From an uncultured bacterium (GTDB taxonomy: Bacteria > Krumholzibacteriota > Krumholzibacteriia > LZORAL124-64-63), in NCBI GenBank assembly GCA_963727525.1, contig CAVSGO010000007.1:224001-288000 (forward strand): DNA of 64,000 bases. Direction: 5' to 3'. Shown piece after piece: positions 27,523 to 38,339 of this stretch. Position 1 is the first letter of the stretch, and the number at the start of each line of letters is the position of its first letter. The notes below the pieces were generated by a model. That model was not told where the DNA came from and searched no databases. It saw only the letters and a program-made list of their open reading frames with translations. The translations under genes were made by a program, and so were the position numbers.

Positions 27523-28131
27523 ATGGATTGGCTCCGCTTCCTCGCCCGTCGCAAGGATCCGGGTGCCCGAGCGGAAGGTGAGCGGCGCCGGCTCGCGTCC
27601 ATGCTCGCGCGACCGGACAGGCGCCTGCGCGATCTCGAGCGCCAGCTCGAGGCGACCCTGGCCGCCTGTGGTCCCTTACCCTCAGGTCGGCTGCGCGAGA
27701 TTCATGACGATGCCTCCCTCGGCCTGGCGGTGGTCTACCTGCACTATGCCCGGCAGTTCTGCGCACTGGAGGTCGACGAGATCGTCGCCCCCAGCTGGAC
27801 CGGTTTCGCCACCAAGGCGCGGGCATATGCCCAGCAGGTGCTGGCCGCCGACCTCGGCACCATGGTGGACGCCGTGGCCACGCTCGCCGACGAGGCGCGG
27901 GCCGTCACGCCGGACGATGCCAGCGCACGCGGTCGACTCCAGTGTCTTCGGCGCGCGCAGGCGCCCGAGAGTGCGCTCGTGAGCGATCTCGCGCCGGTGC
28001 GCGGCGGCTGGACGCTGGCGGAGATGTATGCACAACGCGAACTCGGACAACGCCGGGTACGGGACGTCCTTGCCTTCCTCGACGTGTTGCCCGGAGCCGA
28101 CACCTGGCGCCGGCGTCTCGCGGATTCATGA
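27523..28131 (+). CDS. Hypothetical alpha-helical protein
   Basis: GGAGG RBS and promoter-like elements; no recognised motif. Confidence 0.65.
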   Translation: MDWLRFLARRKDPGARAEGERRRLASMLARPDRRLRDLERQLEATLAACGPLPSGRLREIHDDASLGLAVVYLHYARQFCALEVDEIVAPSWTGFATKARAYAQQVLAADLGTMVDAVATLADEARAVTPDDASARGRLQCLRRAQAPESALVSDLAPVRGGWTLAEMYAQRELGQRRVRDVLAFLDVLPGADTWRRRLADS

Positions 28132-28234
28132 GCGGCGAGTTTCCCTGTCTACCAAGCTGTATCCGTGTATCCTGTCGCGCGACCGGCGCCGTTGGCGCAC
28201 GGTGGGCCGACGGCAATCACGTCGCGAGGACATC

Positions 28235-28413
28235 ATGAAGAATCGACGCAACATCCGGCTGATCCTGGCGATGGCGGCGCTCGTGCTGGCTGTCGCCTAT
28301 TCCCGCTGGCATCACGAGGTTCCGCCGGCACCGTGACGCGCGTGCTCGACGATGACGAGGAGGGCTCGCGCCACCAGCGCTTCATCGTGTTCCGCGGCGA
28401 GCGCTACGAGTGA
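28235..28413 (+). pseudogene. Internally deleted, frameshifted DUF3465-like gene remnant
   Basis: Signal-like MKNRRNIRLILAMAALVLAVAY in one frame; GTVTRVLDDDEEGSRHQRFI (DUF3465-type motif) joined directly to FRGERYE* in another frame. Confidence 0.6.
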
Positions 28414-28441
28414 CGATCCCGGACAACGAGCGAGGGTGAGC

Positions 28442-30877
28442 ATGGACTACGAGAAACTGGGCGTGTTCTATCTCGGGCGGCGCTTCGATGGTGCTCTCGG
28501 CAGCGTGACCGACGAGCCCATCCTGTACGACGCGAAGGATCTCACGACGCACGCCGTATGTGTCGGTATGACGGGCAGTGGCAAGACCGGTCTCGGGGTG
28601 GCCCTCCTGGAGGAGGCGGCCATCGACGGCATTCCCGCCATCGTCATCGATCCCAAGGGCGATCTCGGCAACCTGCTGCTCACCTTTCCCGACCTCGCCG
28701 CGCAGGACTTCCTCCCCTGGGTCGATCCTGCCGAGGCTGCGCGCAAGGGGCGCACGCCCGAGGAGCAAGCGCGCTGGACTGCGGATCTCTGGCGCACGGG
28801 GCTGGCCCAGTGGAACGAGTCGCCCGAGCGTATCGCGCGCTTCGCCGGTTCCTGCGAGCGCGTGATCTACACGCCGGGCAGCCAGGCCGGCCGTCCGGTC
28901 ACGGTGCTGCGGTCATTCGCCGCGCCATCGCCGGCGGTGCTGGCCGATGGCGAGGCCATGCGCGAACGCGTGCAGGCGGCGACGTCGGGCATCCTGGCCC
29001 TGCTCGGCCTCGCGGCCGATCCGCTACGTAGTCGCGAACACATCCTGGTGTCCACCCTGCTCGATACGGCCTGGCGCCAGGGCCGCAGCCTCGACATCGC
29101 CACGCTGATCCGCGAGATCCAGAACCCGCCGGTGCAGCGCGTGGGCGTGCTCGACCTGGAGTCGTTCTATCCTGCAAACGATCGTTTCGAGCTGGCGATG
29201 CGGTTGAACAACCTGCTCGCCGCACCGGGCTTCGCCGCGTGGATGGAAGGCGAGACCCTCGATATCGGCAAGCTGCTCTACGGCGAGGGCGGTAAGCCAC
29301 GCCTGGCGATCTTCTCGATCGCCCACTTGACCGACAGCGAGCGCATGTTCTTCGTGACGATCCTGCTGAACGAGATACTGGCCTGGGTGCGCGCGCAACC
29401 GGGGTCGTCGTCGCTGCGGGCGCTGCTGTACATGGACGAGATCTTCGGGTTCTTTCCTCCCACGGCGAACCCACCGTCCAAGATGCCCATGCTCACGCTG
29501 CTCAAGCAGGCTCGCGCCTGCGGGTTGGGCGTGGTGCTGGCCACGCAGAATCCGGTGGACCTGGACTACAAGGGCCTGGCCAACGCCGGCACCTGGTTCC
29601 TCGGGCGGCTGCAGACCGAACGCGACAAGGCACGGGTGCTCGAGGGGCTCGAGGGCGCCTCGGCGGCCTCGGGCGCGGCCTTCGATCGCGGCGCCATGGA
29701 GCGTACCCTGGCGGGGCTCGGCAACCGCGTGTTCCTGATGAACAACGTGCATGACGATGCGCCGGTGCTTTTCCAGACCCGCTGGGTGCTGTCGTATCTC
29801 GCCGGTCCGCTGACGCGCCCGCAGATCCAGAGCCTCGGCGGGGCGGCGGAAGCCACGTCTCCTGCGGCGCCAGCCCCGGCCGCCGCGGCGACCATGGCCA
29901 CCATTCCCGCGCCTCCGGCCGTGTCGGCGTCGACGCGGCCGGTCTTGCCGCCGGAGGTCACGGAGCGATTCGTGTCGGCGCGCGGCGCGGTGGAGGCGAA
30001 TGCCACGCTCAGCTACCGGCCGGCGTTGCTCGGCACCGGAACGTTGCACTACGTCAACGCGAAGCTCGGCGTGGACGAGTGGACCAAGCTCACCCTGCTG
30101 GCGCCCCTGGCCGACATGGACGCGGTGTCGCCGTGGGAGGGGGCGCAGTCGCTGGCTTCACCGCCACCGCTCGCCGACCGGCCCGATCCGGGGGCGGCGT
30201 TCGCCCCGCTCCCTGCCGAGGCGGCGCAGCCGCGCAGCTACGGCAAGTGGGAGAGCATGCTGAAGACGCAACTCTACCAGGACCGACCGCTCGCACTCTG
30301 GCGCTGCGCGCCGCTCAAGCTGGTGTCGCAGCCGGGGGAGAGCGAGTCGGAGTTCCGGGCGCGGATCCGCGATGCCGGGCGTGTATCGCGCGACCTCGCC
30401 GTGGCGAAGCTGCGCGCGAAGCTGGCACCGAAACTGCAGCGCCTGCAGGACGGGCTCGCCCGTGCCCAGGAGCGCGTGGACCGGGAGACCTCGCAGCTCG
30501 CCCACCAGCGCACGCAGACGGCCATCGCCATCGGGTCGACGGTGCTGGGAGCGCTCTTCGGCCGCAAGTTGCAGAGCACCCGCACGGTGAGCGGCGCCTC
30601 CTCGAGCATGCGGGCCGCCAGCCGGGCCCGGCACGAGGAGGGCGACGTGAAGCTGGCGCGCGACAAGCTGGCCGCACTGCAGCGGGAACTGATCGAGCTC
30701 GAGGCCGACTGCCGGCGCCAGCTCAAGGCCGTGCGCACCGGCGAGGACGGCCCCGACCTGGAAGCCGACGCGGTGAGCGTGGCGCCGCGCAAGACCGACC
30801 TCACGGTCGACCAGCTCCTGCTCGTCTGGATACCCTGGCGCGTCGGCGCCGACGGGGTCGCCGAGCCTCGTTTCTAG
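28442..30877 (+). CDS. HerA/FtsK-superfamily P-loop ATPase (DUF87/DUF853-like) with C-terminal coiled coil
   Basis: THAVCVGMTGSGKT, IDPKGD, LYMDE, KQARACG, LATQNPVDLDYK, GRLQTERD. Confidence 0.85.
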   Translation: MDYEKLGVFYLGRRFDGALGSVTDEPILYDAKDLTTHAVCVGMTGSGKTGLGVALLEEAAIDGIPAIVIDPKGDLGNLLLTFPDLAAQDFLPWVDPAEAARKGRTPEEQARWTADLWRTGLAQWNESPERIARFAGSCERVIYTPGSQAGRPVTVLRSFAAPSPAVLADGEAMRERVQAATSGILALLGLAADPLRSREHILVSTLLDTAWRQGRSLDIATLIREIQNPPVQRVGVLDLESFYPANDRFELAMRLNNLLAAPGFAAWMEGETLDIGKLLYGEGGKPRLAIFSIAHLTDSERMFFVTILLNEILAWVRAQPGSSSLRALLYMDEIFGFFPPTANPPSKMPMLTLLKQARACGLGVVLATQNPVDLDYKGLANAGTWFLGRLQTERDKARVLEGLEGASAASGAAFDRGAMERTLAGLGNRVFLMNNVHDDAPVLFQTRWVLSYLAGPLTRPQIQSLGGAAEATSPAAPAPAAAATMATIPAPPAVSASTRPVLPPEVTERFVSARGAVEANATLSYRPALLGTGTLHYVNAKLGVDEWTKLTLLAPLADMDAVSPWEGAQSLASPPPLADRPDPGAAFAPLPAEAAQPRSYGKWESMLKTQLYQDRPLALWRCAPLKLVSQPGESESEFRARIRDAGRVSRDLAVAKLRAKLAPKLQRLQDGLARAQERVDRETSQLAHQRTQTAIAIGSTVLGALFGRKLQSTRTVSGASSSMRAASRARHEEGDVKLARDKLAALQRELIELEADCRRQLKAVRTGEDGPDLEADAVSVAPRKTDLTVDQLLLVWIPWRVGADGVAEPRF

Positions 30878-30931
30878 CGGGCGCCTTCCACAGTGGAAAT
30901 CCCGGTCGGCGGATGGGATACTCCGCCGTCT

Positions 30932-31858
30932 ATGAACCTGGTGACCATCGTCCTGCCGGTTTTCCTGGTGATCGCGCTCGGCTATGCCCTGCGCCGTCTG
31001 CGTTTCGTCGCGCCCGCGACCGACACCGCGCTCTCGCGCCTCGTCTTCTACGTGGCCGCGCCGGCTCTGCTGCTGCGCAGCACGGCCCGCACGCCGCTGC
31101 AAGCGCTCACGGCCTTGCCCACCCTCGCCGTGCTCGCGGCCGTGAGCGTGGCGATGGCGGTGGGCACGTACCTGGTCGCAGCGCACGCCAGGCCCGCGCG
31201 CCGCGGCGTGATTGCCCAGGGCGCGCACCGTAGCAACATGGTCTTCCTCGGCCTGCCGGTGGTGGCCAACGCCCACGGCGAGGCCGGTCTCGCCGTGGCG
31301 GCCGTCGTCATCGGATTCATGGTGATGTTCTACAATCTGCTCGCGGTGCTGGTGCTCACGGTGCCGCACCAGGGGTTGAGCGCGCGGTCCGTGGCCGTGT
31401 GGCGGGACACGCTCGTCAAGATGGGGGCCAATCCGCTGGTGCTGGGGTGCGCGGGCGGGCTGTTTCTCTCGGTCAGCGGACTTGCGCTGCCGCCCACCGT
31501 CGACCGGTTCCTCGAGATGGTCGGGCGCATCGCACTGCCTCTGGCCCTGATCTCCGTGGGCGTGGGGCTCGACTTCGGGCAATTGCGCGCGGAGCTGGCG
31601 GTGACGTCGGCGGTGGGCGTGCTCAAGCTCATCGTCTATCCCGCGGCGGTGTGGCTGGGCCTGCGCGCCGTGGGGCTGCAGGGGCTGGCGGTGGACGTGC
31701 CCGTGCTACTGATGGCAGCACCGACGGCGGTCACGAGTTACATCATGGCGCGCGAGATGAATGGCGACGAGCATCTCGCCGGCGCCATCGTCATCGGCAC
31801 GACGGTCGCGTCGCTGGTGTCCTACATGGGCTGGCTGCTCGTACTGCGCGCCGTCTGA
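30932..31858 (+). CDS. AEC (auxin efflux carrier) family transporter
   Basis: About 10 TM helices; LPVFLVIALGY, RSNMVFLGLP, NPLV, LKLIVYP, PTAVTSYIMA. Confidence 0.9.
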   Translation: MNLVTIVLPVFLVIALGYALRRLRFVAPATDTALSRLVFYVAAPALLLRSTARTPLQALTALPTLAVLAAVSVAMAVGTYLVAAHARPARRGVIAQGAHRSNMVFLGLPVVANAHGEAGLAVAAVVIGFMVMFYNLLAVLVLTVPHQGLSARSVAVWRDTLVKMGANPLVLGCAGGLFLSVSGLALPPTVDRFLEMVGRIALPLALISVGVGLDFGQLRAELAVTSAVGVLKLIVYPAAVWLGLRAVGLQGLAVDVPVLLMAAPTAVTSYIMAREMNGDEHLAGAIVIGTTVASLVSYMGWLLVLRAV

Positions 31859-31870
31859 GACTGGAGAAGG

Positions 31871-32740
31871 GTGCTTTACCTCTGGGCTGCATCACTGCTT
31901 TGGGCCTTCTCGTTCGGCCTGATCAAGACCCGGCTCGCCGGAGTCGATCCGCTGCTGGTGGCGACGGTGCGTCTGGCGCTGGCTGCCCTCGTCTTCCTGC
32001 CGTGGACCTGGCGACGCGCGCCTCGCCGGCGGGTCCGGTACCAGGCGCTGGGCTGCGGCGCCGTGCAATTCGGACTCATGTACGCCCTCTATATTACATC
32101 GTACCAGTACCTGCCGGCCTACGGCGTGGCACTCTGGACGGTGACCACACCCCTCTTCGTGGTGTTTCTCGCCGACGCGCGCCGCCGACGTCTGGCGCGG
32201 CGGCACGCGGCGGCGGCATTGCTCGCCGTCGCGGGTGCGGCCGTCGTGCTCGTGCACGGTTCGCCGGTCGCCGCGTGGCCAGGGGTCCTCCTGGTGCAGG
32301 GCGCCAATCTCTGCTTTGCCGGCGGCCAGCTCGCCTATCCGCGCCTCGCGGTCGAGGGCACCGATGGACGGCTCGCCGGCGAGGTCGGGCTGCTCGGCTG
32401 GATGTATCTGGGCGGTGCCGCATTCGCGGCGGCGGGTTTCATCATGCTTGGCGCGTCGGACGCGCCTACCATCGACGGCGGCGCCGCATTCGCCCTGATC
32501 TACCTCGGTCTCGTGCCCACGGCCGTGGGATTCGCGCTCTGGAACCGAGGTGCGGCGCGGTCGAACCCCGGTATATTGGCCGTATCCAACAATCTCAAGG
32601 TGCCGCTCGCCGTGCTGGTCGCGTGGGTGGTATTCGGCGAGCAAGCGCAGTACCTGCGAATGCTGCTGGGCCTGGCGTTGCTTGCCGCGGCAACGTTACT
32701 CGCCACCGGGACTCGCCGTGCGTCGGCCGCAGGGCGCTGA
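31871..32740 (+). CDS. DMT/EamA family transporter
   Basis: LLWAFSFGLIK, duplicated 5-TM repeat, YLGLVPTAVGFALWNRG. Confidence 0.88.
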   Translation: MLYLWAASLLWAFSFGLIKTRLAGVDPLLVATVRLALAALVFLPWTWRRAPRRRVRYQALGCGAVQFGLMYALYITSYQYLPAYGVALWTVTTPLFVVFLADARRRRLARRHAAAALLAVAGAAVVLVHGSPVAAWPGVLLVQGANLCFAGGQLAYPRLAVEGTDGRLAGEVGLLGWMYLGGAAFAAAGFIMLGASDAPTIDGGAAFALIYLGLVPTAVGFALWNRGAARSNPGILAVSNNLKVPLAVLVAWVVFGEQAQYLRMLLGLALLAAATLLATGTRRASAAGR

Positions 32741-32763
32741 CGCGCGATCGCAAAGGAGAGAGC

Positions 32764-34341
<1,578 letters not shown>

Positions 34342-34363
34342 CCTGGATTCGGGGACGTCGAAC

Positions 34364-34400
34364 ATGCCAGCGGGGCTCCCGTCGGGAGCCCCGCTGGCAT
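34364..34400. terminator. Perfect 17-bp hairpin between convergent genes (likely bidirectional terminator)
   Basis: ATGCCAGCGGGGCTCCC-gtc-GGGAGCCCCGCTGGCAT. Confidence 0.75.
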
Positions 34401-34422
34401 CAAGGACCGCGTGGTTCGGCGC

Positions 34423-35094
34423 CTACTCGAAAAGTGCCTTCACCGTGCTCCAGGTGCTGGGCTCGGTCGCTACGGGGCCGGTATCGCTCCCCGAGCCGAT
34501 CGTGCCGATGGCGAAGACTCCGGCAGGCGCGTTCGCGTCCTGGATGAAGTGCACCTCGATCCGATCGATGTTGTGAGGGTTGACGCTGGGGAACGCGGTC
34601 CAGGGGATGTAGTAGTCGCCCGTCGCTGTCAGCTGTGCGGACGCCGTATCCGAGGCGCCATCGGTGGTGAGCGTGATTTCCGCCGTGATGAACTGCCCGG
34701 GATTTCCGTCGGTGGAGCCCGAGTATCCCTCGATCACGAAGCCGGTCAGGGAGGAATTGCCCGCAAATTCCTCGTTCATGTCCACCGTGGCGCCGTAGAT
34801 CAGGGTGACCTCGCCGGTCTCGCCGGCGCCCGCTGCGTACTCGAGGCTGCCGCCGCTCGACGTGATGCCGCTCACTGTCGGTGAATCGGCGGTGCCGGTA
34901 TTCTTGACGAGCGTGACCCGGCGCTGACCGCCGATGACGGCCGCGGAGTAGTCCTGGGTGACCGTGACCGGTGGCAAGGTGGTGCCTAGGCCGAGGGTGA
35001 ACGCCATGCTCTGGAAATTGTCCGCGACCCTTGCGAAGGCCTGGCCGGTGATTGCGAGCGCCACGACGAGTAGCAGGGCTGTGACCTTGTTCAT
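34423..35094 (-). CDS. Secreted beta-rich protein with C-terminal TEPSTWSTVKALFE motif
   Basis: AGGAG RBS; signal peptide MNKVTALLLVVALAITGQAFA; T/G/S-rich body; amphipathic C-terminal tail. Confidence 0.85.
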   Translation of the reverse strand: MNKVTALLLVVALAITGQAFARVADNFQSMAFTLGLGTTLPPVTVTQDYSAAVIGGQRRVTLVKNTGTADSPTVSGITSSGGSLEYAAGAGETGEVTLIYGATVDMNEEFAGNSSLTGFVIEGYSGSTDGNPGQFITAEITLTTDGASDTASAQLTATGDYYIPWTAFPSVNPHNIDRIEVHFIQDANAPAGVFAIGTIGSGSDTGPVATEPSTWSTVKALFE

Positions 35095-35172
35095 GTTGAC
35101 TCCTCTCGAACGGAGCGCGTTCGCTCAGGGCGAGGGTGGGGGTTTTCTTGACCTACCTGCAGCGGGTCCCGC

Positions 35173-35202
35173 ATTATATCAGCACATGGCCGCCGGTTTC
35201 AA
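35173..35202 (-). promoter_or_regulatory. Putative strong sigma70 promoter for the 34423-35094 gene
   Basis: Minus strand TTGAAA-18nt-TATAAT with an extended TG. Confidence 0.55.
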
Positions 35203-35273
35203 GCGTCATTGCGTGAAAATTTGATGGTCGATGCTGGACGTGCGTCGCGTCCCGTGGTTCCCAGGAGCTGCCG

Positions 35274-35954
35274 TTGCCACTCGCGATCTTGCATGAGGAC
35301 AATCATCTCCTGGGCGTGCTCAAGCCGGCCGGCCTGCTGTCGCAGGGCGACCACACCGGGGACCCGTCCGTCGTGGATGTCGCGAAGGTGTATCTGAAGG
35401 AACGCTACGCCAAGCCCGGCAACGTCTTTCTCGGACTCGTGCATCGCCTCGACCGGCCGGTCTCCGGAGTGATGGTCCTGGCGCGTACGAGCAAGGCCGC
35501 CTCGCGGCTGGCGGCGCAATTCCGCGACGGCACCGTGGACAAGCGCTACCTCGCCATCGTCCGCGGGCGGCTGCCGCTGCCGCGGGGCGAGCTAGCGGCC
35601 CACCTGGCGGCCACGGGTGACACACACGGCGTGACCCGGGCAGCCCGCAGCGGATTTCCCGGCTCGCGCCCCGCTTTGCTGCGCTACCGGGTCCTCGATC
35701 AGGCGCGCGACGTCACCCTCATCGAGATCGAGTTGCTCACGGGCCGGCGCCACCAGATCCGGGCGCAGTTCGCGCTCGAGGGATGTCCGGTACGCGGCGA
35801 CGTGAAGTACGGCGCGGCCGCGACAGCCGACGGTCAGCTCGCGCTCCACGCCCAGCGGCTGGAGTTCGCGCATCCGGTGGGGGGAAAGCCAGTGGTGCTG
35901 CAGGCGCCACCGCCATGGTGCTGGCCGCCGGCGGACACCACGGCGGAGCTTTAA
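35274..35954 (+). CDS. RluA family pseudouridine synthase
   Basis: EDNHLL..KPAG, VHRLDRPVSG, TGRRHQIR, GDVKYG, LHA. Confidence 0.92.
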   Translation: MPLAILHEDNHLLGVLKPAGLLSQGDHTGDPSVVDVAKVYLKERYAKPGNVFLGLVHRLDRPVSGVMVLARTSKAASRLAAQFRDGTVDKRYLAIVRGRLPLPRGELAAHLAATGDTHGVTRAARSGFPGSRPALLRYRVLDQARDVTLIEIELLTGRRHQIRAQFALEGCPVRGDVKYGAAATADGQLALHAQRLEFAHPVGGKPVVLQAPPPWCWPPADTTAEL

Positions 35955-36019
35955 CTTCGCGCGCCGAGCGCCTATCTTGAACCGGTTCCAGCGGCAAGGA
36001 CTCCAACCTGGACACGCCC

Positions 36020-37165
36020 ATGCCCGATCTCGACGTCACGATCATCGGCGGCGGCATCGTCGGCTGCGCCGTCGCGGCCGCGACGGCGTCGCGCGGCCTG
36101 ACCACCGTACTGCTCGAGCGCGAGGGTGCTCTCGCCCGTGGCACCACCAGCCGCAACAGCGAGGTGGCCCATGGCGGTATGTACTATCCCACGGGCTCGG
36201 CCAAGGCGCGTCTTTGCGTGCGCGGCCGCCGATTGCTCAGGGAGTTCTGCATGACCCACGGGGTGCGTTACCGTGAGTGCGGCAAGCTCATCGTGGCTGT
36301 GGCGCCGGCGGAGATCCCCGAGCTCGAACGCCTCTTCGCGCTGGGCACGGCGAACGACGTGGAGGATCTTGCCTTGCTCGATCGCGCCGAGGTGGCGAGC
36401 CTCGAGCCCGAGATCCGCGCGGTGGCGGCGCTCTACTCGCCACGCACGGCCGTTCTCGACGCCGAGGGTGCCACCCGTGCTTACGGCCGGGCGGCTCGCG
36501 ACTCCGGCGCCGAGATCATGACGGGTAGCGAGGTCGTGGGCCTGAAGCCGACGCGTGCTGGCTGGCGCGTCGAGGTGCAACCGCCGGTCGGGTCGGACCG
36601 GCAGGGCTGGGTGCACACGAGCCGCTGGGTCGTCAATGCCGCCGGCCTGTACGCCGACCGCGTGGCCGCTCTGGCGGGAATCGACGTCGATGTCCGGGGC
36701 TGGCGACTGCGCTGGGTGAAGGGCAACTACATCGGCATCTCGCCGCGTCACGATGGGCGCGTACGCCGCCTCGTGTATCCGGTGCCTCCGCGCGACGGCT
36801 CGAGTCTCGGCATCCACCTCTGCATCGACGTGGCCGGCCAGATGCGCCTGGGGCCGGACGTGGAGCCGCTGCCGCCACAGACGCGGGAAGACTACCGCGT
36901 CGATCCGCTGCGCCAGGAGGCGTTCTTCGCCTCCGCCAGCACCTTCCTGCCGTTCCTGCAGCGCGAGGATCTCTCGCCGGCCATGTGCGGCCTGCGCCCG
37001 CGTTTCGCCGTGGCCGGTGCGGGCGGGTTCCGCGACTTCGTCATCCGGCACGAGTCGGACGACCGGCAAGGGCTGGTCAATCTCCTGGGCATCGAGTCGC
37101 CGGGCCTCACCGCGGCCGCGGCAATCGCCGAGGAGATCGGCGACGCTCTGATCTCGAGCCGTTGA
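36020..37165 (+). CDS. FAD-dependent oxidoreductase (L-2-hydroxyglutarate dehydrogenase-like)
   Basis: IIGGGIVG, TSRNSEVAHGGMYY, VNAAGLYAD, KGNY, GIESPGLT. Confidence 0.88.
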   Translation: MPDLDVTIIGGGIVGCAVAAATASRGLTTVLLEREGALARGTTSRNSEVAHGGMYYPTGSAKARLCVRGRRLLREFCMTHGVRYRECGKLIVAVAPAEIPELERLFALGTANDVEDLALLDRAEVASLEPEIRAVAALYSPRTAVLDAEGATRAYGRAARDSGAEIMTGSEVVGLKPTRAGWRVEVQPPVGSDRQGWVHTSRWVVNAAGLYADRVAALAGIDVDVRGWRLRWVKGNYIGISPRHDGRVRRLVYPVPPRDGSSLGIHLCIDVAGQMRLGPDVEPLPPQTREDYRVDPLRQEAFFASASTFLPFLQREDLSPAMCGLRPRFAVAGAGGFRDFVIRHESDDRQGLVNLLGIESPGLTAAAAIAEEIGDALISSR

Positions 37166-37188
37166 ACTCTCGACGAGGAGACCCCGCC

Positions 37189-37572
37189 GTGAAGGAGTAC
37201 CAGAAGATCACCCTGCTGCCGCGCGACACCAATGGCCGCGGCACCATCTTCGGCGGCGTCATCATGAGCGCCATCGACCTCGCCGGCGCGGTATGCGCGC
37301 GCGATCACTTCGCCAATCGAGACTTCGTGACCGTCTTCGTGCATGAGATGGAATTCCACGCGCCGGTCTACGTGGGCGACCTGCTCACGCTGCGCGGCGA
37401 GCTCGTGCGCGCGGGACGCACGTCCGTGACGGTGAAGATCGTGGCCGAGGCCGAACGGTACGACACGGCCGAGACCGTCACCGTGACGGAGGGCTTGCTG
37501 GTCTACGTCGCGGTCGACGAGCGCGGGCAGAAGACGCCCCTGCGGCCACGGGAGCCGCGACCGTGTGGATAG
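37189..37572 (+). CDS. Acyl-CoA thioesterase (hotdog fold, YciA-like)
   Basis: LPRDTNGRGTIFGG, IDLAG, FHAPVYVGD, GRTSV; GAGGAG RBS and GTG start. Confidence 0.9.
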   Translation: MKEYQKITLLPRDTNGRGTIFGGVIMSAIDLAGAVCARDHFANRDFVTVFVHEMEFHAPVYVGDLLTLRGELVRAGRTSVTVKIVAEAERYDTAETVTVTEGLLVYVAVDERGQKTPLRPREPRPCG

Positions 37573-38339
37573 CCCTGGTCATCGCTCTCCTGCTCGTGGT
37601 TGCCTGGCCCACCGGGCGCCCCCGGCGGCGGGGCCGTCCGGTCCTGCGCGACACCGGCCCGCAATGGCGAAGCATGTATGGTCGGCGCGCGCTGCTGCGC
37701 TACGGCATCGGTCTCGGCGTGGCGGCGGTGCTCGCCTACAGCGGTGCCGACGAGGCTTTCGATCGGTGGCATACGCGGGCCCTCGACGTGCGCGAGGGCC
37801 GTGGTGGCAACGCGCAGCCGCCCAGCCCGAGCGACCGCGTCGCCGCCGCGGTGAAGCCGGCCGGCGAACGTTGGTGGTTCCTGGTTTGGCTGCTCACGGC
37901 CGTGGCCGACTGGCGCTGGCGCTCCACCGCATTCACGCGCTGGGGGCGCGCCAACTTCGAGGCGCTCTGCGTCGGATTGCCGCTGCTGTGGGCCACGCAG
38001 TACGGGCTGGGGGCGAACCGACCCAGCAGCCGCGGCGGCAGTCCGCGCTGGCGGCCGTTCCAGAACGCGAACTCGGCGAGTGGCCACGCCATGCTCGGCG
38101 CCGTACCGTGGTGGACGCTGGCGCAGCGGCTGCCCGACACCGTGACACGGTCGCTGACGCGGGGGCTCGGCTTGGTGACCGGCTGGTCGCGGCTGAACGA
38201 TCGCAAGCATTACCTCTCCCAGGTGCTGTTGGGCTGGCTGATCGCGGCGAACGCCGTCGCGGCGGTGTCGCAGGAAGGCGAGGAGCGCGATGACAGGTGT
38301 CGATCTGCCTCTGGAGAGTCCAGGCTTCCGCATCCGTGA
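37563..38339 (+). CDS. PAP2-like membrane phosphatase
   Basis: NRP...SASGHA...GWSRLNDRKHYLSQV resemble the PAP2 C1/C2/C3 motifs. Confidence 0.7.
   Translation: MWIALVIALLLVVAWPTGRPRRRGRPVLRDTGPQWRSMYGRRALLRYGIGLGVAAVLAYSGADEAFDRWHTRALDVREGRGGNAQPPSPSDRVAAAVKPAGERWWFLVWLLTAVADWRWRSTAFTRWGRANFEALCVGLPLLWATQYGLGANRPSSRGGSPRWRPFQNANSASGHAMLGAVPWWTLAQRLPDTVTRSLTRGLGLVTGWSRLNDRKHYLSQVLLGWLIAANAVAAVSQEGEERDDRCRSASGESRLPHP

Noticed and set aside
31399-32763. Apparent 980-aa PckA fusion
   Set aside because: The upstream part is an off-frame read of the AEC and DMT genes. PckA has its own RBS and ATG at 32764. The same applies to the extensions of ORFs starting at 19565, 4711 and 52286.
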